IMG/VR virus record: IMGVR_UViG_3300034025_000010
Location: 1 to 43,191 of that record
Direction: 5' to 3' (one strand)
DNA length: 43,191 nucleotides
DNA from: a virus
Taxonomy: Duplodnaviria > Caudoviricetes
The notes beneath the pieces are model-generated. The model did not search any database. It was not told the origin of the DNA and worked only from the letters and a program-made list of their open reading frames with translations. Of this stretch, positions 10,453-17,491 are shown in pieces; within the stretch, counting starts at the first letter, position 1; each line of letters starts with the position of its first letter. The translations under genes and the position numbers were made by a program.

Positions 10453-10480
10453 ACACCTAGTGTGGGATCAGTGGAAGTAT

Positions 10481-10495
10481 TGAGAATGATTCTCA
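10481..10495. promoter_or_regulatory. Fur-type box (7-1-7 inverted repeat)
   Basis: TGAGAAT-G-ATTCTCA is a perfect inverted repeat; 12 of 14 positions match TGATAAT-N-ATTATCA. Confidence 0.7.
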
Positions 10496-10508
10496 TTCAG
10501 GTTGTTAG

Positions 10509-10528
10509 TACTGTACATGTATACAGTG
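10509..10528. promoter_or_regulatory. LexA (SOS) box, Gamma/Betaproteobacteria type
   Basis: TACTGT-ACATGTAT-ACAGTG matches CTGT-N8-ACAG with an alternating purine-pyrimidine, AT-rich spacer. Confidence 0.75.
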
Positions 10529-10585
10529 ACGAATTTTGTCAGTGGGGTGACAAGAATTGTCATATGATAGTGACAGTTTTTGTCA
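10526..10585. promoter_or_regulatory. Three tandem palindromes TGAC-N7-GTCA; putative upstream activator sequences for a sigma54 enhancer-binding protein
   Basis: TGACGAATTTTGTCA (10527-41), TGACAAGAATTGTCA (10548-62), TGACAGTTTTTGTCA (10571-85); spaced 21 and 23 bp, each preceded by G. Confidence 0.75.
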
Positions 10586-10587
10586 GT

Positions 10588-10604
10588 AAGCAGGAATCGT
10601 GCCA
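10588..10604 (-). promoter_or_regulatory. Inverted sigma54 -24/-12 element
   Basis: Minus strand reads TGGCACGATTCCTGCTT (GG-N10-GC). Confidence 0.6.
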
Positions 10605-10629
10605 TACAGGGTTTTGCAGGGAAGTTATG

Positions 10630-10642
10630 TAAGTCATTGATT
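10630..10642 (-). promoter_or_regulatory. IHF binding site
   Basis: Minus strand AATCAA-TGAC-TTA is an exact WATCAA-N4-TTR match, between the palindromes and the sigma54 promoter. Confidence 0.75.
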
Positions 10643-10671
10643 ACATTGAGGATTTTAGTTTTTTCAGGTAG

Positions 10672-10688
10672 CTGGCACAGTGTTTGCT
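10672..10688 (+). promoter_or_regulatory. sigma54 (RpoN) promoter driving the early arm
   Basis: CTGGCACAGTGTTTGCT fits TGGCAC-N5-TTGCW; predicted +1 near 10699, about 73 nt upstream of the ATG at 10772. Confidence 0.8.
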
Positions 10689-10771
10689 ATATATAAGGTA
10701 AGGGGGAAGAACTCCGAGCAAGATAAAGTAAGAAGTAACTAACTCATACACTAACTAAAGGAATACATACC

Positions 10772-11449
10772 ATGAGCATTATTGATAACCTGAATCACTC
10801 TGTTGTAACTTATGATGGTAAGAACAAGCCATTCACTGGTCAGAGGCTTAGTAAGGTAACTTGGAAGACTTGTAATGATAAGAATTCCCCGTACTTTAAT
10901 ATCAAGCGGGAAAGTAAATGTGTCAGCTTGCCAGTACTTGTTGCTCAGAATATTGAAGATAACATGCATGCATTGGCTCCACATCTGATTAGCTATTTGC
11001 ATGGGGTACAAGATAAGATGGTACGGGAAATGTTGGATGCAGGGAATAATGTGGTTAGTATCAGTACTGATAGTATTAGTATCCCTGCAATCTTGGAGTA
11101 CTTGGAATCCAGTGATGAATCAGGAAGATTGACTAAAGAATCAGTTGGTGCATGGTTTGATAGTACTCTTGCTGATCAATTGGCTATGCTGTTGGGTGAG
11201 AAACTTGGAGTTAGTGAAATTCCTACTGATAGCGAGAGTGCGAAAGTATTGGAAGCTGTTGGTGCATTTAAGGTTAAGATTGCAGCGCTCGCAGGCGGGA
11301 AAACTAGTTATGAACCTAAGGTTTGTAAGTCATTGATTAATGCACTTGGGTTAGTTGCTGGGGATGTACTTGCTAGTAGGTTTGTTGCACGATTGAATAA
11401 GATGGTAGAAGAATCGGAGAAACAAGTTGATCTGATGGATTTGCTGTAA
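10772..11449 (+). CDS. First early protein, unknown function (remote paralogue of 17959-18918)
   Basis: 225 aa with AAGGA RBS; motif-by-motif similarity to the C-terminal domain of the 319 aa protein (manual alignment). Confidence 0.8.
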   Translation: MSIIDNLNHSVVTYDGKNKPFTGQRLSKVTWKTCNDKNSPYFNIKRESKCVSLPVLVAQNIEDNMHALAPHLISYLHGVQDKMVREMLDAGNNVVSISTDSISIPAILEYLESSDESGRLTKESVGAWFDSTLADQLAMLLGEKLGVSEIPTDSESAKVLEAVGAFKVKIAALAGGKTSYEPKVCKSLINALGLVAGDVLASRFVARLNKMVEESEKQVDLMDLL

Positions 11450-11482
11450 CACTATAGGAATACCTAATTAGGAGATTAGATA

Positions 11483-11608
11483 ATGTTAGTATTTAAATAT
11501 ATTAGATTCGTACGTGCTAATGAACTAGCAAACGCTGATGATGGATTTGGTAATATGATAATGATTCCTAGTGATATGTTTTGGTATAATTATCATAATT
11601 GGAATTAA
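11483..11608 (+). CDS. Small hypothetical protein (41 aa, MLVFKYIRF...)
   Basis: AGGAG RBS, hand-translated; below the ORF-track cutoff. Confidence 0.5.
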   Translation: MLVFKYIRFVRANELANADDGFGNMIMIPSDMFWYNYHNWN

Positions 11609-11613
11609 TTGAT

Positions 11614-11676
11614 GTGATTCAGCTATAGAGTACTTAGAACTGTTGTATGGAACTGAGTACTCTATGTCGGATTCAC
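11614..11676 (+). other. Long stem-loop, possible RNase III site
   Basis: ATAGAGTACTTAG (11625-37) pairs with CTGAGTACTCTAT (11653-65) with one G-U; imperfect outer extension. Confidence 0.5.
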
Positions 11677-12005
11677 CTTTTGGCAGGAAAACCAAGGGAC
11701 CAGAAAACCAAGAAACCAATTGGTATCTGATGCACGGTCCCTCTGCCATCCGGATGCATGGATTCCAGATAGTTACCTAACTACTTCTATACATCTCACT
11801 AGTTAGCAGTACCTGTATTTGCTTCTCTCTAGTTAGTTCTTTTCAGGTGTATTAAAATAATGAATTTTATTCTTTTATTAATTTTGTTATGGGTTAAAAA
11901 GAGGCCTTTAGATAGTACAGTATATAGCTCTTATTAGTCACATATAACACAGCAGTAAGGTTATAATCAGAATCCGAATGAGAATGGAGGATGGAGGGAG
12001 AGGGC

Positions 12006-12035
12006 TTGACGAACCAATTGGTTTCATGGTATTGT
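12006..12035 (+). promoter_or_regulatory. Putative sigma70 promoter with a palindromic spacer
   Basis: TTGACG-18 nt-TATTGT with TGn extension; the spacer contains the palindrome AACCAATTGGTT. Confidence 0.5.
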
Positions 12036-12093
12036 GTCGTCTTGGTCAGAAAGCCAAAAGGCAACCCGGAATATAACCTTGGAATCATTCATT

Positions 12094-12663
12094 ATGAGTA
12101 AAGTTAAAGAAGTTGATAAGTTCAGACCTAGTATCTCTAGTGATGAGATATTTGCACTGTTAGATATAATGGACTGTGCAAGACGGGGAGATCAATTAGC
12201 AGGTCTTGATCCTACATTGCTAGATTATTATAAGAAGCTGAGAGTTAAAGCTTTTGAGATAGGTGAGGGAATAGCTAAATCCGCATATGTAGCAACAGGT
12301 AAGCGGAAAGAATCTGCAATCAGCCTGGAATCATTAGGAAGTAATGCAGAGGAAGTAAGTAGCTTTGAAGGTAAGTACAATAACTCCGCACAAATGGATG
12401 ATGCAGTAAATGACCAGCTTACTTGGATGATAAATCATCCGGACGTAGATAGTAAGAATATGCCAGCAGTTGAAGAATTCATGAAAGGTGGGAAGTACTA
12501 TGTCGGACCCGAAAGTAGCGCAATTGGAATTAGTAGTATGCAAGTTGATGTTAGTAGCAGTAGCACTAACGGTAGTGATAGTAATGATGGAACTGACTGT
12601 TTTCTAGAATTAGAAGATGATAGTAAGTCAGATAATACATTTGAATTGTTTAAACAACTATAG
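12094..12663 (+). CDS. Hypothetical early protein with acidic Ser-rich tail
   Basis: ORF-track frame; ATG at 12094 preferred over the upstream GTG. Confidence 0.7.
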   Translation: MSKVKEVDKFRPSISSDEIFALLDIMDCARRGDQLAGLDPTLLDYYKKLRVKAFEIGEGIAKSAYVATGKRKESAISLESLGSNAEEVSSFEGKYNNSAQMDDAVNDQLTWMINHPDVDSKNMPAVEEFMKGGKYYVGPESSAIGISSMQVDVSSSSTNGSDSNDGTDCFLELEDDSKSDNTFELFKQL

Positions 12664-12679
12664 GATTGGAGAACTAATC

Positions 12680-12880
12680 ATGGCGTTAGATAGCAATGAA
12701 TTAAACGCACGAATTACTCAACTGCTATCCGGGTTAATTACTGAATGTGAGTTTGTAGCAAGTGTGCAGTTAGATGAAAGAACACAAGTTCAATTGAATG
12801 TGTTTAATAAACTTGATCCAGTAATTCAAAACTGGGATTTTACTTTTGATGACTTTAATAACTGGGAATCGGAGAACTGA
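12680..12880 (+). CDS. Hypothetical protein (66 aa)
   Basis: GGAG RBS before ATG 12680. Confidence 0.6.
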   Translation: MALDSNELNARITQLLSGLITECEFVASVQLDERTQVQLNVFNKLDPVIQNWDFTFDDFNNWESEN

Positions 12881-12881
12881 A

Positions 12882-13178
12882 ATGAATAAGTACATAACAC
12901 TTAGCAAGCTTGCAATCGCAATAGTAATAGCTGCAAGTACCAGTGGATGTGGAGTTGGTTCTAGCATTCCTGCTGATGATGATTTTAGTGATACTACAAT
13001 GCAGAATTCAGCAGTAGGAACTAATATGCCACCTCCGGAAGTAGAAGATGATGGACATATCGGTCCATTAGTTCCAGTAACTCCAGTAATTGTTCCTCCA
13101 GTAATAGTATTACCTCCACCCCTTGTATGTGGTAATATTGACCCATCAGTAATGCAACCATGCGCAGGAGGAAATTGA
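12882..13178 (+). CDS. Putative proline-rich lipoprotein
   Basis: GGAG RBS; MNKYITLSKLAIAIVIAASTSG|C signal peptide with a lipobox-like end, then acidic and Pro/Val-rich segments and a Cys pair. Confidence 0.6.
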   Translation: MNKYITLSKLAIAIVIAASTSGCGVGSSIPADDDFSDTTMQNSAVGTNMPPPEVEDDGHIGPLVPVTPVIVPPVIVLPPPLVCGNIDPSVMQPCAGGN

Positions 13179-13179
13179 A

Positions 13180-13353
13180 ATGGGTAATAATAACATGGCA
13201 ACTTATCAGTTCTCTAATGCGGAACTCACAATTATCAAAGACTCGCTAGAATATGCAAAGAAAGATTGTGAAGCTAATTTAGCTAAGACAATCTTATCTG
13301 ATATGATTCAGACTATCAATCAGATTCTTGCAGCACGTAATACTCGCGGGTAA
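13180..13353 (+). CDS. Small hypothetical protein (57 aa)
   Basis: AGGAGG RBS; hand-translated MGNNNMATYQFSNAEL...NTRG. Confidence 0.6.
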   Translation: MGNNNMATYQFSNAELTIIKDSLEYAKKDCEANLAKTILSDMIQTINQILAARNTRG

Positions 13354-13408
13354 CAGTCTGAAAACAGCAAGACAAGTAACAATCATATAACTAACTGGAG
13401 TAACAACC

Positions 13409-13609
13409 ATGGCAGGTAAAGAAGGTTTCACTCAAACAGCAGAAGCAGTTATTAAACTTGATAATGGCGAAAATATCACAGTAACTAGTTCTATTATATT
13501 TCTTGTTCCGGCGTTAGATGATCTGACAGTTAAAATCATGGATGAATTGGCTGACAATCTAGGTAATGTAAAAGAAGTTACTATTCACATCAAACGTTAT
13601 CCAGCTTAA
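13409..13609 (+). CDS. Hypothetical protein (66 aa)
   Basis: GGAG RBS, ORF track. Confidence 0.65.
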   Translation: MAGKEGFTQTAEAVIKLDNGENITVTSSIIFLVPALDDLTVKIMDELADNLGNVKEVTIHIKRYPA

Positions 13610-13621
13610 GGAATCCAAATC

Positions 13622-13900
13622 ATGCCTTCCCCAATACAAATCATTCGCCCATCTAAGCCATTATTTACACTGCTAGTACAAGATAATGAGACTGGCCAAA
13701 AATTCATAGCAAGTTACAATGACAGTGCAATTCTAACTACTGAGCGGGAAGATTTAGTACTATACACTGCGAATCTGATTCATCATTACGGACGCGCATT
13801 TACATACACAATAAGTACTGTGACTGAAATGCCAATTAGTGAGACTAATCAAGCTATGATTGATATACTTAATCGAGCTAAAGATACAGCTAAAGTTTAG
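13622..13900 (+). CDS. Hypothetical protein (92 aa)
   Basis: AAGGA RBS, ORF track. Confidence 0.65.
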   Translation: MPSPIQIIRPSKPLFTLLVQDNETGQKFIASYNDSAILTTEREDLVLYTANLIHHYGRAFTYTISTVTEMPISETNQAMIDILNRAKDTAKV

Positions 13901-13904
13901 TATT

Positions 13905-13962
13905 TTCTGATAGTTCATTCTGGATTCGGAATCAGTAACATCAACAGAGTGAACTGTCGGGA
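13905..13962 (+). other. 18-bp RNA stem-loop, possible RNase III processing site
   Basis: 13905-22 pairs fully with 13945-62; all four non-Watson-Crick positions are U-G on the plus strand. Confidence 0.6.
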
Positions 13963-14009
13963 TGGTATTAAAAATGATACTGTCTAATAATTATTACTAG
14001 GAGATTAAA

Positions 14010-14183
14010 ATGTCTAACGACTGGTATAAAATTAAACAGGAGCAAAGTAATTGGGAAGAAGCAGTAAATTTTTATAGTTACTGGACAAACATATTACCTA
14101 CGCTTACAATGGAAATCACGATTAATTATTGTAAGAAACGTATTGAAGAATTGGAAATTAAATATCCTCAGTTAAAGCAGTAA
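14010..14183 (+). CDS. Small hypothetical protein (57 aa, MSNDWYKIK...)
   Basis: AGGAG RBS, hand-translated. Confidence 0.6.
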   Translation: MSNDWYKIKQEQSNWEEAVNFYSYWTNILPTLTMEITINYCKKRIEELEIKYPQLKQ

Positions 14184-14250
14184 CAATAGTTCTAACAAGC
14201 GCAAGACAAGTAGTACTAACAATAACTAACCAAGAAAGTGAGTAAGCCCT

Positions 14251-15300
14251 ATGGCTAGAATATTATGCAGTATCAGTGGGGTTGAATACAACTGTGAACA
14301 TATACCAGTGTATCTAACTGCCCGTGAATCACATCATCCAATATTCGATATACCAACAGCAAGACTATTACAAATATGTCCACGCTGGATAGAAGGAGAA
14401 CTCTCAAGTACTGAGAATTATCTTCTCTATCTGGCTCTTTTCAATTCTACAGGACTAATGGAATTCAGAGTACCAGCAGTGAGAACTGGTAATACTGATG
14501 CAATCATCGCGCAAACTATGGCCCCATTAGCAAGCATAGTTGAGCGGATTTATAACAGCGGTACTACCAAAGTAACTGAAATCCTGCATCTTCCTAAGTT
14601 TGTAGTAACTCCTGACACTAAAGATCTCGAATCCAGTCCTGATTGGGTGGCTATTTGGAATCACTGCTATAAAGATTACCAAGATCATTATGCTACAAGT
14701 ACTGCACTTGAGAAACTAAATAGGCAAGAAACAATACTAGAGCGGTACATTCGTGATCATAATAAAGATATCAGTACCTATGCAGTACGCATCGCAAATT
14801 GGGCAGCTGATGCAGCTAAGTTCTATGATGAAGATTACGAAATACTTAATGAGCATAACAAACTGGAATCTCTCTGCTCTTATTGGAAACGTATCATTGT
14901 AGCATGCGCTAAGACTGAATCTATTTGGGACATTCCAGATGCTGATCTTAATGAACTGATCGCGCACTGTGAAGAGACTATATATCACGGCAGTATCTAT
15001 GCTCACACATTGATGAGTCTGCTGCGTGCTGGTGCGGAACGTAAGAAGAATTTCCTAGATATTGGTGATATTGATATCGGCCAGCATGGTACTAGTTTCC
15101 GTATTCTGGATGCTAATGCTAGTGTGGAAGATGCTAATAAACTTGCACTAATTGACTCCGCTCCATTAGAAATGCCAATTGAAAAGAACTATCCTAATAA
15201 GCTTGCATTCATTAAAGCGAAACTGAATTATCAGATGAAGAAAGATTATGAGAATAGTCAGGCAGTTGCAGATAAGATCGCTAAGGAGGGACTAGCATGA
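14251..15300 (+). CDS. Hypothetical protein with an N-terminal Cys/His cluster (possible Zn binding)
   Basis: 349 aa; CSISG...CEH...HHPIF. Confidence 0.75.
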   Translation: MARILCSISGVEYNCEHIPVYLTARESHHPIFDIPTARLLQICPRWIEGELSSTENYLLYLALFNSTGLMEFRVPAVRTGNTDAIIAQTMAPLASIVERIYNSGTTKVTEILHLPKFVVTPDTKDLESSPDWVAIWNHCYKDYQDHYATSTALEKLNRQETILERYIRDHNKDISTYAVRIANWAADAAKFYDEDYEILNEHNKLESLCSYWKRIIVACAKTESIWDIPDADLNELIAHCEETIYHGSIYAHTLMSLLRAGAERKKNFLDIGDIDIGQHGTSFRILDANASVEDANKLALIDSAPLEMPIEKNYPNKLAFIKAKLNYQMKKDYENSQAVADKIAKEGLA

Positions 15301-15671
15301 ACAAGCACATTGAACAGATGAATAAAGATGCAGCTAATTTAATAGGGATTACTAAAGCCCCTAGCTTCACTAAATACCAGCTTGCTGACCAGATGCGGAA
15401 TTACATGCATATAGATGATAAGTTTCTGGAAGGACTGGAGACTTATCGTATCAATCATTATTCAGGTTTTATATTCTCTACAATGTTATTTGATGGGTTA
15501 GTTGAATATAACTTCACTAGCTTTAATGTAATTTATCACAACTGTTCTCCGTACCATGCGAAACGTGCAGAGGAAATAAGACTCTCATTTCGTGAAGCGA
15601 AAGATGAATACCAACTAGAACCAATAGTACTAGTAGAGATCGTAATCCCATTCACAGCAACAGAACAATAA
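15297..15671 (+). CDS. Hypothetical protein (124 aa)
   Basis: GGAGG RBS, ATGA overlap with the previous gene. Confidence 0.65.
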   Translation: MNKHIEQMNKDAANLIGITKAPSFTKYQLADQMRNYMHIDDKFLEGLETYRINHYSGFIFSTMLFDGLVEYNFTSFNVIYHNCSPYHAKRAEEIRLSFREAKDEYQLEPIVLVEIVIPFTATEQ

Positions 15672-15691
15672 GACAAGGAAGATACCTAATT

Positions 15692-17491
15692 ATGGCAACC
15701 ATAACTAAAGAAAGACTTGCTGAATTAATGGCAGAACTCAGAGCTAAGAAAGCAGCTTCATTAACTCCACTAACTCCAAGCACTAGCAGTTATCAATATG
15801 CTACGGGTAATTATGAAAATATTCCTAAGCCTACACTAGTAGTAGAAAAAGTAGGTGATGAAATCCACATGGAATTAACAGTACATGAGCAAGTGACTCA
15901 CCAAACTCTCACCAATAATCTATCTGCTGATTACGATGTATATGACAAGTACGGAAAACCAATCACATACAATGAACAGCAACTCCGATTTGTACAACTC
16001 GCCGGAAATGGACAATCAGCAGTCCTCATTGGAGCAGCAGGTACAGGTAAAACAACCTGTCAACAAGGAACTATTGCTGCTCTTATTAGAAATGGATATG
16101 CTGGAATATTACAAGCCGATGGACACAAGTTTCTGGAATCTAATACGCCGGGCATTGTTATTGTGTCTTTCACTCGTCGTGCTGTTAGTAATATTAGGCG
16201 CGCTGTAAGTGATGATATGAAAAAGAATTGTCTTACCATTCATGCATTGCTGGAATATGAACCTGTATATTATGAAATCATGGATGATAATACAGGTGAA
16301 ATGAAAAAGACTATGCAGTTTGAACCTACTCGCACTGCTTATCGCCCATTGCCTGCTACTATTAAAACCTGTGTAATTGAAGAAGCTTCAATGGTTAGTG
16401 TTGAATTGTTTAAGGAGTTAAAAGATGCGTTACCTTCGAATTGCCAATTCATCTTTCTTGGAGATATCCAACAATTGCCGCCAGTGTTCGGATCAGCTAT
16501 TCTTGGGTACAAAATGTTGGAACTTCCAGTCGTTGAACTCACTGAGGTTTATCGTCAAGCACTCGAAAGCCCAATTATTCGGCTTGCCCACCGTATACTT
16601 TCTGGAAATCCAATACCAGTAACTGAATATGCGGAGTTCAAAACTCCTGACCAACTAACTCTGCATCCATGGAAAAAGAAAATAGATGCAGATAACGCAC
16701 TACTAACAATTGCTAAGTTCCTCACCAATGCGATTGAAGCTGGTTTATACAAGCCGGAAGAAGATATGATCCTCATGCCATTTAACAAGGGATGTGGAAC
16801 CATAGAATTAAATAAGCATATCGCGCAACACATGGCAAGGAAACGTGGTGTTCCAGTGTTTGAAATTGTAGCCGGGTTTACTAAGCTATATCTCAGTGTT
16901 GGAGATAAGGTACTGGTAGATAAAGAAGATGCACTGGTATTAGGTATTGAAAAGAATCCTAATTACACTGGTGCTACTCCTCAACCAGAAGGATTACTGT
17001 TAGACTATTGGGGATATAATAGCGCAGATGAGAATGGACAACCAATAGTACATCACTTAGATAAAGATGATGCGGGCGATATTGACTTTCTTCTGAGTCA
17101 GAGTGTTGCTGCTGGCAGTGGTGAAGATCGGGTAAGGCAATCTAGTCACATCATTAAAGTACGATTACTTGATACTGATCGGGAAGTAGAACTTACTACT
17201 GCTGGTGAACTTAATGCATTGTTGTTGAGTTTCGCACTAACTGTACATAAGTCTCAGGGTTCTGAGTTCAGAAAAGTATTTCTAATGTTGCATCAATCAC
17301 ATAATACTATGCTTTCCCGTGAACTTCTGTATACTGCTGTAACTCGTGCAAGAGAAGAACTGTATGTAATATGTGAACCAGACAGTATGACTAAAGGTAT
17401 TCTGAGTCAGCGAATTAAAGGTAATACACTTGCTGAAAAAGCGGAGTGGTTTAAAGGGAAGATTGAAAGTAAGAACATGGGGAATGTGTGA
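15692..17491 (+). CDS. RecD/Dda-like superfamily 1B helicase
   Basis: GAAGTGKTT, TIHALL, IEEASMV, GDIQQLPPV, LTEVYRQA, ALTVHKSQGSEF, LLYTAVTRA. Confidence 0.95.
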   Translation: MATITKERLAELMAELRAKKAASLTPLTPSTSSYQYATGNYENIPKPTLVVEKVGDEIHMELTVHEQVTHQTLTNNLSADYDVYDKYGKPITYNEQQLRFVQLAGNGQSAVLIGAAGTGKTTCQQGTIAALIRNGYAGILQADGHKFLESNTPGIVIVSFTRRAVSNIRRAVSDDMKKNCLTIHALLEYEPVYYEIMDDNTGEMKKTMQFEPTRTAYRPLPATIKTCVIEEASMVSVELFKELKDALPSNCQFIFLGDIQQLPPVFGSAILGYKMLELPVVELTEVYRQALESPIIRLAHRILSGNPIPVTEYAEFKTPDQLTLHPWKKKIDADNALLTIAKFLTNAIEAGLYKPEEDMILMPFNKGCGTIELNKHIAQHMARKRGVPVFEIVAGFTKLYLSVGDKVLVDKEDALVLGIEKNPNYTGATPQPEGLLLDYWGYNSADENGQPIVHHLDKDDAGDIDFLLSQSVAAGSGEDRVRQSSHIIKVRLLDTDREVELTTAGELNALLLSFALTVHKSQGSEFRKVFLMLHQSHNTMLSRELLYTAVTRAREELYVICEPDSMTKGILSQRIKGNTLAEKAEWFKGKIESKNMGNV

